NCBI GenBank assembly: GCA_965223545.1
Contig: OZ245006.1
Coordinates: 3,296,001-3,360,000 of the forward strand
Origin: Planctomycetota bacterium
Lineage (GTDB): Bacteria; Planctomycetota; UBA1135; UBA2386
Length of the DNA stretch: 64,000 bases
Direction of reading: 5' to 3'
The position numbers and the translations under genes are program-made. The notes beneath the pieces are model-generated. The model saw nothing but the letters and a program-made list of their open reading frames with translations, was not told where the DNA came from and made no database searches. This document shows positions 8,789 through 17,275 of the stretch, in pieces. Each line of letters starts with the position of its first letter. The first letter of the stretch is position 1.

Positions 8789-9548
8789 AGCCACCGTCGA
8801 CCGCGAGCGATTGGCCGGTGACGTAGCTCGCGTCCGCACTCAGCAGGAACGCGATCACGCGCGCCACTTCTTCCGGCTGGCCGACCCTGCCCAGCGGGGT
8901 GTGCTCGCGGATTCGCTCGGCGGTCCCCGGCCGCTGCAGGACCGGCTGCACCAGCGGTGTGTCGATGTACCAGGGCGCGACCGCGTTGACGCGGATGCCA
9001 TCGGCGCCCCATTCGCTGGCGAGGCCGCGCGCCATCGCATCGATCGCCGCCTTGGTCGCGGCGTACGGAACACCCGAGCCGACCGAGACCGTGCCGGCAA
9101 CCGAGCCGACCAGGACCACGCTGGCCGCATCCGAGGCCCGCAGCCATGGATGCGCGCGGCGCGTCAGCTCGAAGGCGGAGTCGACGTTGGTGGCGAACAG
9201 GTGCGCAACCTCTTCGCGCGCATAGTCGACCGCCGGGCGGCGGATATTGGTGCCGACGTTGGCCACGATGAGATCGAGCCCGCCCCACCTCTCGCCGACC
9301 GAGGCGAGGATGGCAGTCAGACCGACTTCGGTCGAGGCGTCGGCCGCGACGCCGGTGACCGCCACGAGCCCGCGGCGCCGCCAGTCCGCGACCGCAGTCT
9401 CGACGCCATCGGCACTCCGAGCGACGATCGCGACCTCGGCACCCGCCCCCAGCAACTGCTCGGCGGTGGCACGGCCGATGCCCTGGGTCGCCCCGGTGAT
9501 CAAGGCTCTGCGGCCGGCGAGAGAGGGAAACGCGACGGTGTCGGGCAT
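8769..9548 (-). CDS. SDR-family oxidoreductase (tropinone reductase-like)
   Basis: [18 protein letters not shown], catalytic [18 protein letters not shown]. Confidence 0.9.
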   Translation of the reverse strand: MPDTVAFPSLAGRRALITGATQGIGRATAEQLLGAGAEVAIVARSADGVETAVADWRRRGLVAVTGVAADASTEVGLTAILASVGERWGGLDLIVANVGTNIRRPAVDYAREEVAHLFATNVDSAFELTRRAHPWLRASDAASVVLVGSVAGTVSVGSGVPYAATKAAIDAMARGLASEWGADGIRVNAVAPWYIDTPLVQPVLQRPGTAERIREHTPLGRVGQPEEVARVIAFLLSADASYVTGQSLAVDGGFTARGW

Positions 9549-9657
9549 GCCATCGTTGTAACCGTCCTGTCCCGCAGCCGACCCCGTTCCGGCGTCGGCT
9601 CGGGATCCGCCCTATGCTGCTCTTCCCTGCCTCACCCCGAAACCACACCAGCTTCTC

Positions 9658-11115
9658 ATGCACCGACCCCTTGCTTCCGCGATGTGGCTACCCGTTTGCG
9701 CATCCACGATCGCCCTGACCGCGTTGGCTGCCTCCGCACAAGTCAGCCGCAACGTTCAGCTCCTCGGCCAATACACTCCGGCCTCCAGCTCCTTCAGCGA
9801 CGTCTGGGGCTACACCGATCCAGCGACCGGCAAAGAGTACTGCCTCATGGGCAGCCTTGCCGGCACGCACATCGTCGACTGTAGCGACCCGACGAGCCCG
9901 ACCGAGGTCGGGCTGATCCCCACCGACGCACCGTTCACGTTCTGGAACGCATGGCGCGACATCAAGACCGTCGGCACCTACGCATACATCGTCTCCGAGG
10001 CACACGGGGGGATGCAGATCGTCGACTTGACCAACCCCGCCGCCGCGACCAAGGTCAAGACCTGGGGATCGTGGAGCGGCGCGCACAACATCGCTGCCGA
10101 CCCCGAGGCGGGCTTGGTCTACGTCTGCGGTACCGGGTCGGGCACCTACGTCGTGGACGTCGCTACCGATCCGGTCAACCCCGCGCAGCTCTTCGTGCTG
10201 GGGTCGCCGTACATCCACGACCTCTCGGTCGCCGATGGCGTCGGCTACTTCATGGACCAGAACGGCAACAACCTCAACGTCTACGACACGTCGTCACCCG
10301 GCAGCCTGCCGCTGCTGGGCTCCGGGCGGATGCCCGGCGCCAGCGTGGCGCACGCCAGCTGGCCGAGCCGCGACGGCACGGTTTGCATCGCCAGCAACGA
10401 AGCCAACGGTGGGCCGATCTCGATCTGGGACATCAGCAACAAGCGCATGCCGATGCTGCTGAAGACGTACACCGCCGGCCCGAGCAGCGCGATCCCCCAC
10501 AACCCGTTCATCAGAGACCGCGTCGCCCACATCTCGTACTACACCGAGGGCTATCGCTCGCTCGACCTCAGCGATCCGACCAACCCGGTCGAAGTCGGCT
10601 ACTACGACACCTCGACCTTCCCGGCCGGCGGCTACAACGGCGCCTGGGGCTGCTACCCGTTCCAGCCGTCGGGGGTGGTCTACATCACTGACATCGAGAA
10701 CGGCCTGTACGTGCTGAAGCCCGCATCGAGCGCGGAGCGCTACGGACCGACGACGACCGGCAGCGCCGGCGCGACCCCACAGATCTACGCGTTTGGCTCC
10801 GCCTATGCCGGCAACGCGAGCTTCAAGCTCGAGGTGGACGGCGCGCCGACCAGCCGCCCCGGGGTGATGGTGCTCGCCGCTGGTCGCGGTAGCACGACCG
10901 TCGGCAGTCTCACCGTCAACGTCGCAATCGGCGCCTCGACGGCCCTGGTGCCGATCGCCAGCGACCCCAACGGCCAGGTTTCGGTGCCCCTGCCGGTGCC
11001 CGCCGGCATCGCGGTGGGCGGCACGCTGAACGTGCAGATGCTTTTCGCGGACAGCACCCAGGCGCTCGATCTGTCGGGCACCCAGGGCCTCGAGTTCGAC
11101 GTCTTCGCCAAGTAG
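9658..11115 (+). CDS. Secreted LVIVD-repeat / choice-of-anchor B-type beta-propeller protein with shared C-terminal domain
   Basis: Signal peptide; SDVWGY, WRDIK, AHNI, YIHD, PHNP, ISYYTEG, GAWGCYPF, DIENGL. The start could instead be the later ATG at 9682. Confidence 0.8.
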   Translation: MHRPLASAMWLPVCASTIALTALAASAQVSRNVQLLGQYTPASSSFSDVWGYTDPATGKEYCLMGSLAGTHIVDCSDPTSPTEVGLIPTDAPFTFWNAWRDIKTVGTYAYIVSEAHGGMQIVDLTNPAAATKVKTWGSWSGAHNIAADPEAGLVYVCGTGSGTYVVDVATDPVNPAQLFVLGSPYIHDLSVADGVGYFMDQNGNNLNVYDTSSPGSLPLLGSGRMPGASVAHASWPSRDGTVCIASNEANGGPISIWDISNKRMPMLLKTYTAGPSSAIPHNPFIRDRVAHISYYTEGYRSLDLSDPTNPVEVGYYDTSTFPAGGYNGAWGCYPFQPSGVVYITDIENGLYVLKPASSAERYGPTTTGSAGATPQIYAFGSAYAGNASFKLEVDGAPTSRPGVMVLAAGRGSTTVGSLTVNVAIGASTALVPIASDPNGQVSVPLPVPAGIAVGGTLNVQMLFADSTQALDLSGTQGLEFDVFAK

Positions 11116-11187
11116 GGTCGCGACCAAGCTCACGGCTCCCGTGACCGGGCGGCGTGAGCGCATTGGGCCTTGGCCCCGGCTCGGACG

Positions 11188-12603
11188 TCAGCCGCTGAAC
11201 ACGTCGAAGCGCATGCCACGGGTCGCGGCAAGGCCGGCGGCGGCGCCCGGGTCCGTGACGACGAACTGGGCGTAGACCACACCCGAGGTGGCGTCGCCCG
11301 GCGGAACCGCAATCGGCACGCGCACGGTGCCCGCCGCGTCGGTCTGCGCCGTCACCGCGATCACCGGCTGGCTGAGGTCGACCGCCAGCTGCACACCGGC
11401 GACCGCGGTGTTGCCGCTGGCCGCGCCCAGCAGGAGCACGACGCTGGCGTTGGCAGGCGCGTTGTCGAGCTCGACCGCAAAGTTGGCATTGCCGGCGAAG
11501 GCCGCGCCAAAGCTGTAGATCTCCGGCGCGCCGGCTGCGCCGTCGGTGGCGATGCCGAACAGATCGGGCGTCGCTTTGCTGTCGAGGATCATCAGGCCGT
11601 TGTTGCGGTCGCTCATGTAGACCACGCCGGATGGCTGGAACGGGTAGCACCCCCAGGAGCCGGAGAAACCACTGGTCGAAGACGTCGTGTCGTAGTGCGC
11701 GACCTCGACCGGCCGGCGCGGATCGCTGATGTCGACCGCACGGTAGCCCTCCGAGTAATAGGCGATGTGGACCACCCGATCGCGGATGAAGGCGTTGTGT
11801 GCCGAGGCCGAGTTGCTGCCGGTCTTGTAGACGGCAACCCTCGTCGGCAAGCGCTTGTTGCTGATGTCCACGATCGCGACGCCGGGGTTGAACGACTCGG
11901 CAGCGACCGAGGCCACGGTGTTGTCCCGGCTCGGCCAAATGTGGTGCGCCGAGGAGAACGACACCGAGCCCAGCACCGTCGTCGCCGGTGCCTGGGTCAC
12001 ATCACGCAGCTCGTAGCGCGAGTTGTTGATCTGTGCGAGATGCGCGATGCCGTCCCTCACGTGCAGGTCGTGCACGTAGGAGCCGCCCATGTTGCCCAAG
12101 TGCACGGGGTTGACCGGATCCGCGAGGCTGATGATCGGTACCCCGACGTCGGTGCCACACGGGTAGAGCATGCCCGCCCCGGTATCGAGGGCGACATTGT
12201 GGGCTCTGCGGAACACGTTGGTGCCCCAGGTCTTCACCAGCACCGGCTTGTCCGGATCCTGCAGGTCGATGATCTGCACGCCGCCGCCACCCTCGGTCAC
12301 CACGTAGGCGTAGTGCTGATAGGTGCGCATGTCGCGCCACCCTGAGTTGGGCCCCGAGAAGAAGCCGCGCTGGATCGGGTTGGTCGGGTCCGAGCAATCC
12401 ACGATGTAGGTGCCCGTGCCGGTGCCGAGGATGGCGTACTCCTTGCCCGCGGGGCTGACGTAGCCCCAGATGTCGTTGTAGGACTGGCCGGAGGGGTCGA
12501 AGCGGCCGACCAGGGAGGAGTTGCGAGGCGGAGCTTGCGCAGACAGGAGCGAGACGAGGGCCGCGGCGGTCACCGCCGCGACACAGCTGTGCCGAAACAT
12601 CAT
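11188..12603 (-). CDS. Secreted LVIVD / choice-of-anchor B-type protein, convergent paralogue of 9658-11115
   Basis: Signal peptide; NDIWGY, WRDMR, AHNV, YVHD, AHNAF, IAYYSEG, GSWGCYPFQPSG. Confidence 0.8.
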   Translation of the reverse strand: MMFRHSCVAAVTAAALVSLLSAQAPPRNSSLVGRFDPSGQSYNDIWGYVSPAGKEYAILGTGTGTYIVDCSDPTNPIQRGFFSGPNSGWRDMRTYQHYAYVVTEGGGGVQIIDLQDPDKPVLVKTWGTNVFRRAHNVALDTGAGMLYPCGTDVGVPIISLADPVNPVHLGNMGGSYVHDLHVRDGIAHLAQINNSRYELRDVTQAPATTVLGSVSFSSAHHIWPSRDNTVASVAAESFNPGVAIVDISNKRLPTRVAVYKTGSNSASAHNAFIRDRVVHIAYYSEGYRAVDISDPRRPVEVAHYDTTSSTSGFSGSWGCYPFQPSGVVYMSDRNNGLMILDSKATPDLFGIATDGAAGAPEIYSFGAAFAGNANFAVELDNAPANASVVLLLGAASGNTAVAGVQLAVDLSQPVIAVTAQTDAAGTVRVPIAVPPGDATSGVVYAQFVVTDPGAAAGLAATRGMRFDVFSG

Positions 12604-12780
12604 GGAAAGCAGACTCTTGCTGGAGGATGGGGGGCCTGAGCAGGCCCGCCGATTCTAACGAGACGGACCAAACCGCACGCAGCGTAGACGGGGTGCGTCC
12701 ACCCCACCCCCGTGTCAATCTCGTACCGTCGGCTCGACCGGCAAAACATCCACGACACATCGGGCAGCAGCCCCTCGGGC

Positions 12781-15024
12781 TTACGCTCCACGCAAAGCGA
12801 ACCAGCGCATGCCGCGCGCTGGCACGGTCACCTCGAGCCGCAGCCGTCCCGCATCGAGCGGCACGACGCGATCGTCGCGGCCATCCGTGACGATGCGCAC
12901 CCGCTCTCGCAAACCGGTGTAGTAGACGTCCACCCACAGCTCCTTGGTGCGCGCGCGATCCAACGGGTTGTAGACAACCAACATCCCCTTGTCCTCGAGT
13001 CGAGGGTTCACGTGCAGCATCCAATCGAGATCGCGGCCGTCGGCGCGCCGCCCGTGCACCAGATCCGATTCGAGGATGTCGCGGTGCCGCTTGAACCAAG
13101 CCACCCATGCGGCCACGAGCTGCCGGGTCCGCTCGGTATCGAACAGCCGCGGGCCGCGATAACACGCCTGCACGCCGAGCCCGAAGTTGCTGGCCAACAT
13201 CTGCTCGTAGTGGTCGCGGTGTGCATCGAGCGGCTCGATCGTGGCCGCCGCCCCTCCGCCGTGGTACTCGCTGAGCGGCACGAACATCCAGCCCATGCTC
13301 GGCGTCTTGGTCCACGAGCCGTCATAGATGTTCTGCCGCGTGTGGATCACCTGCTGCGCGCGGGGCAACGACCAGTTGGTCTCGCGATAGCCCATCCCGC
13401 ACTTGCTGGTGCCGACCAGGTAGTAGTAGTCCGGCGCGTTGATGTAGATGCCGCGCCCACGGCACCAGCGATAGAAGTCGGCGGCGATTCCCCATTGCAC
13501 CCAGCGCGAGTCCTGCTCGCCTTTCTGCAGCGGCGGCCGCGGCGTGACGTCGACATCGCCGGGGTAGGGGCCGTCGTGCTCGAGCAGCGTGAAGCCGGTC
13601 TGCTCGAAGAACGCGTACAGCTTGCGGAAGTACTCCTGGCCCCATGCGCTGGTCAACGCCGGGCAGTTGCCGTGCGTCGGGCGCGTTCCCGCCGGCGTGC
13701 GGATGTCGTTGCCGCCGCCGATCCGCCGCGACGACAGCAGCGAGTAGCCACCGAGCTCGACCCCCGACGCCCGGGCGTGCGCCGCGAGCTCGCTCCACTG
13801 CGCGATGGTCTCGGCGCGATCGTCCTCGATGTCGAAGCCACTGCCGAACGACAGGATCACCATTTCGAACCCGACCGCGGCGGCATCGTCGATCGCCCGG
13901 CGCACCGAGGCCACATCGGAAACCCGCAGATGGTGCATCAGGGGATTCTCGGTCACCCAAGGCGCGACCGTCCGGTACAGCCTGCGGACCGCGAGCCCAC
14001 GGCGTTCGCGCTCGGTGCTATCGAACGCCAGCTCGAACGTCCGGTAGCTGGTGGCGACGCCTCCGGGCGCCACCCTCTGTGCCGGCCCGTAGGTCGGCTC
14101 GACCACGAGAAGGCACGGTTGCTCGCGCCGGTAGTTGACCTGCGTGCGGTACTGCGGGTCCGCGCGCCATTGCACGACATGGCGATTGGCGTTCTCGGCG
14201 ACGAACCCACCGAACGCGTAGTCGGTCTCGACGTGCAAGCAGTCCGGGCGCGGCAGCGGCACGCCGCTTCGGCTCTCGACCCACCCTCCGGACTCGACCA
14301 CCGCGAGCTCCTCGGTCGTCCACCGGTCGACCTGCACCTCGGCATCGCCGTCGTTGTGCACCGTCAGCCACTTGCACATCGCCGGAATCCCGTCGTAGAG
14401 CTCGTAGTGGACGGCGACGCGCACCCCGCGCAACGCCCGGGCGGCAGCGGTCACCGCCTCGCGACCGAGACCGCTCGGCAGCCGCCCCGCACGCTCCAGC
14501 TCGTCCAGGACCTCGGCGTCCTCGAGATCCGGCATCTCATAGTCGAAGCGCACCGCCACCCCGGCGGGCGGCCACTGTCCGCCGGGCGCGTGGTGGCGCG
14601 CACGCGCCCACGCCAGCCGCTCGGTCGGTTCGGAAACCCGGTGGCCGACCAACCGCATCGCCACCGGCGACGCCGTCATCTGCGCCACCCACTCGGGGGC
14701 CAGGTAGGCGTGGTTCGGCTGCCCTTGCAGACCGCCGACTTCGAGCGACACCCCATCGACGACGATCCGCGCCTCCGGCCGCACCGCGCGCAGCATCGAC
14801 TGGCCGGAGGTCAGGTTGTCGAACGCGATGCACGCGCCGTTCGGCGCCAAGCGCCACACCCGCCGGACGAGGCCGTTGCCCAGCGCGAGCTCCCGACCGG
14901 TCGGGTCGAGCTCGGCCCGCGCGGCAAAGCTCGAGGGGTCGATCAGCCAATCCGGGTCGGGTTGAGCGACGCACGGCATGGTGGCCGCCCACAGCGCGAT
15001 CACCGCGAAACTGCAGTCAGGCAT
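12781..15024 (-). CDS. Secreted alpha-galactosidase-like (GH36/clan-D-like) glycoside hydrolase
   Basis: Signal peptide, N-terminal beta-sandwich (LGNGLVRR, YELYDGIP), TIM-barrel-like core (GFEMVILSFGSG, LEHDGPYPG). The family call is tentative. Confidence 0.6.
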   Translation of the reverse strand: MPDCSFAVIALWAATMPCVAQPDPDWLIDPSSFAARAELDPTGRELALGNGLVRRVWRLAPNGACIAFDNLTSGQSMLRAVRPEARIVVDGVSLEVGGLQGQPNHAYLAPEWVAQMTASPVAMRLVGHRVSEPTERLAWARARHHAPGGQWPPAGVAVRFDYEMPDLEDAEVLDELERAGRLPSGLGREAVTAAARALRGVRVAVHYELYDGIPAMCKWLTVHNDGDAEVQVDRWTTEELAVVESGGWVESRSGVPLPRPDCLHVETDYAFGGFVAENANRHVVQWRADPQYRTQVNYRREQPCLLVVEPTYGPAQRVAPGGVATSYRTFELAFDSTERERRGLAVRRLYRTVAPWVTENPLMHHLRVSDVASVRRAIDDAAAVGFEMVILSFGSGFDIEDDRAETIAQWSELAAHARASGVELGGYSLLSSRRIGGGNDIRTPAGTRPTHGNCPALTSAWGQEYFRKLYAFFEQTGFTLLEHDGPYPGDVDVTPRPPLQKGEQDSRWVQWGIAADFYRWCRGRGIYINAPDYYYLVGTSKCGMGYRETNWSLPRAQQVIHTRQNIYDGSWTKTPSMGWMFVPLSEYHGGGAAATIEPLDAHRDHYEQMLASNFGLGVQACYRGPRLFDTERTRQLVAAWVAWFKRHRDILESDLVHGRRADGRDLDWMLHVNPRLEDKGMLVVYNPLDRARTKELWVDVYYTGLRERVRIVTDGRDDRVVPLDAGRLRLEVTVPARGMRWFALRGA

Positions 15025-15033
15025 TCTGCCTTT

Positions 15034-15156
15034 CTAAGGCATCGTCTGCGGAGCGTGCACTACCGCGAGCACGACGAACAGCACATCGCACACCAAGAAC
15101 AAGCCGATGCCGCCGACCACCAGGAGCCACGGGCGCTTGCGAATCGCGTTCATCAT
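15034..15156 (-). CDS. 40-aa single-TM protein at the ccoH/fixH position (mini-CcoH)
   Basis: ATGA overlap with the ccoG stop; MMNAIRKRPWLLVVGGIGLFLVCDVLFVVLAVVHAPQTMP; below the ORF-track length cutoff. Confidence 0.6.
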   Translation of the reverse strand: MMNAIRKRPWLLVVGGIGLFLVCDVLFVVLAVVHAPQTMP

Positions 15157-16538
15157 GGTTGTTGTCTCCGCAGCGGCCCCAGCAGGGTGGTGCTGGAGCT
15201 CTGCTCTTCGTCGCCATCGCGCACGCGGACGCGCACGACCAGACCCGGCCGGAAGTCGACCCGCGCCAACCGAGCAAAGAAGGGAATCTGGCGATCGGCC
15301 AGCGGCCCGAGCTCGACATCGTCGATCGGCAGTAAGATCTCGACTCCCGGCGGCGCTTCGACCTCGATCTGCAACGTGCGGGCACTGGACCGCTTGTTCT
15401 GCAGGTAGACCTCGAGCACGTTCTGCAGCGTCTCACCCTCGACGGTGAACGGCGTCTGCGAAGCGCGCAGGAGCTGCGCCTCGAACGACGTCCTTCGCAC
15501 CGCGGAGAGGCCGAACACCACGATCCCCAGCAGCATCAGCACCGCGTAGAACCAGAATCGCGGACGCACGAAGCGACGCGCCTCGCCGGTGAAACCGGCC
15601 AGCGAGTCGTAGCGTACGAGACCGCGCGGCCTACCGATGTGATCCATCACCGCATCACAGGCGTCGATGCAGTTGGCGCAGCCGACACACTCCAGCTGCG
15701 TGCCGTTGCGGATGTCGATCCCGGTCGGGCACACGTCGACGCACCGCCGGCAGTCGATGCAGTGACCGGCGCCGTCGGCGCCGAGCTTGCCGCGTGGCTC
15801 ACCTCGCGCCTCGTCGTAGCCGACGTTGACGGTGTGCGCGTCGTAGAGCACGCCTTGTAGCCGCCCGTAGGGGCAGACGACGATGCAGAGCTGTTCGCGG
15901 AACCAGGTGAAGTTGACGAACATCACCAAAGTCAACACGACGACGAACACGAATGCGGTGAGGTTGTCGGCCGGCGGACGCACCATCGCACCGAACACCG
16001 CGTCCACCGGCATGAAGTAGCTGAGCAGAGTGTGCGCCAACAGCGACGCCAACACCGCGTAGACCGAGTACTTCAACAGGCGCGACCAGAGCTTGCGGCC
16101 TCGCCACGGTGCCGCATCGAGTGCCCGCCGCTTGCGCGCCGAGCCCTCGATCCACACTTCGATCTTGCGGAACACCCCCTCCAGGAACACCGTGTGCGGA
16201 CAGGCCCACCCGCACCAGACGCGGCCCCAGAGTGCGCTCAGCACGAACAGGCTGAACGCCGCGCCGGTGACCACGAAGAACGCCATCCAGAAGTCCTGCG
16301 GCGTGAACGTGGCGCCGAAGAAGAAGAAGTGCCGCCGCTCGATGTCGATCAGCACGGCCGGGTTGCCGCCGACCTCGATCCACGGCAGCACCAGATAGAC
16401 GACGATCAGCGAGACCCAGACGATGGCCTTGCGCCGCTGGAACCTGCCGGCCACCGCCGCCGGGTGGATCGCGTGGCGCGAGCCGTCCGGGTTGACCGAG
16501 TACAGGCTGTCGAGATCGGGCTGCCGGGTCGTCGTCAC
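15153..16538 (-). CDS. ccoG: cbb3 oxidase accessory protein CcoG (4Fe-4S)
   Basis: GRVWCGWACPHTVF, CIVVCPYGRLQ, CIDCRRCVDVCPTGIDIR, CVGCANCIDAC; GTG start overlaps the ccoP stop. Confidence 0.93.
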   Translation of the reverse strand: MTTTRQPDLDSLYSVNPDGSRHAIHPAAVAGRFQRRKAIVWVSLIVVYLVLPWIEVGGNPAVLIDIERRHFFFFGATFTPQDFWMAFFVVTGAAFSLFVLSALWGRVWCGWACPHTVFLEGVFRKIEVWIEGSARKRRALDAAPWRGRKLWSRLLKYSVYAVLASLLAHTLLSYFMPVDAVFGAMVRPPADNLTAFVFVVVLTLVMFVNFTWFREQLCIVVCPYGRLQGVLYDAHTVNVGYDEARGEPRGKLGADGAGHCIDCRRCVDVCPTGIDIRNGTQLECVGCANCIDACDAVMDHIGRPRGLVRYDSLAGFTGEARRFVRPRFWFYAVLMLLGIVVFGLSAVRRTSFEAQLLRASQTPFTVEGETLQNVLEVYLQNKRSSARTLQIEVEAPPGVEILLPIDDVELGPLADRQIPFFARLARVDFRPGLVVRVRVRDGDEEQSSSTTLLGPLRRQQP

Positions 16539-17101
16539 TGCGGCTCGTAGCGCTCGCCCTGCGGCTCCTTGCCGCCGGCGACGTTCGTGTTGCGAAGCGT
16601 CAGCAGGTAGGCGACGACCTGCTGGCACCGGGTGGGTCCGAGCTGTGGCAGCCAAGCCACCATTCCCTTGTCGATCACGCCTTCGGTGACGGTCCGGTAC
16701 AGATCGGTCGGCGCACCGCCGTGCAGCCAGTACTCATCGGTCAGGTTGGGGCCGACGCTGCCACCGCCGCTCTCCAGGTGGCACGTGACACACATGCCGA
16801 TGAACACCGCACGCCCCTTCTCGACCACGGTCGGCTCGGCAGCCAGCTTCTCCAGCAGCTCGTCGGTGATCTCCACGCCTTCCATCTGTGCCGCCAGCCG
16901 CCGCTCGGCGGCCTCCATCTGCAGCCGGTACTCCTGCTGCGGCAGGGGACCGGTGCCGAGCACGTGGTAATGCATCCAGTAGAACACTGAAAAGATGCAA
17001 GCGCCGTAGAAGGACCAGAGCCACCAGTTGGGCAGCCGGTTGTCGAACTCCTGGATGCCGTCGAACGCGTGGCTGCGCAGCCGCTCGTCGGTGCCGCTCA
17101 C
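16535..17101 (-). CDS. ccoP: cbb3 oxidase subunit III, monohaem type
   Basis: HAFDGIQEFDNRLPNWW N-terminal domain, one CVTCH haem motif, GPNLTDEYWLHGG. Confidence 0.9.
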   Translation of the reverse strand: MSGTDERLRSHAFDGIQEFDNRLPNWWLWSFYGACIFSVFYWMHYHVLGTGPLPQQEYRLQMEAAERRLAAQMEGVEITDELLEKLAAEPTVVEKGRAVFIGMCVTCHLESGGGSVGPNLTDEYWLHGGAPTDLYRTVTEGVIDKGMVAWLPQLGPTRCQQVVAYLLTLRNTNVAGGKEPQGERYEPQ

Positions 17102-17274
17102 GACGACACCTCCTCGCCATCGGCCAGCGGCAGCTGTGCCATGCGCTGGTAGATCGGCCGCCGGCGCGGCCAGAACACGCGCACGATCACGCCGACGAAC
17201 AGCAGCATGAAGAACAACAGACCCCAGATCGGTAGATCGAGGAGGAAGCTGCGAGAGAACAGGGATTCGAACAC
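17098..17274 (-). CDS. ccoQ: cbb3 oxidase small subunit CcoQ
   Basis: 58-aa ORF between ccoNO and ccoP: ...WGLLFFMLLFVGVIVRVFWPRRRPIYQRMAQLPLADGE; one TM helix plus the LPL.D motif. Confidence 0.8.
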   Translation of the reverse strand: MFESLFSRSFLLDLPIWGLLFFMLLFVGVIVRVFWPRRRPIYQRMAQLPLADGEEVSS

Positions 17275-17275
17275 G

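Noticed and set aside
12681..12720. TTGACA on the minus strand upstream of 12603 as a sigma70 promoter
   Set aside because: There is no acceptable -10 hexamer at 16-18 nt spacing.
12712..15408. Long antisense or alternative-frame ORFs, here and at 3420-5876, 17366-19963, 19864-22167, 23007-25142, 47664-49814 and 52723-54828
   Set aside because: They are shadows of well-supported genes in GC-rich DNA and carry no recognisable motifs.
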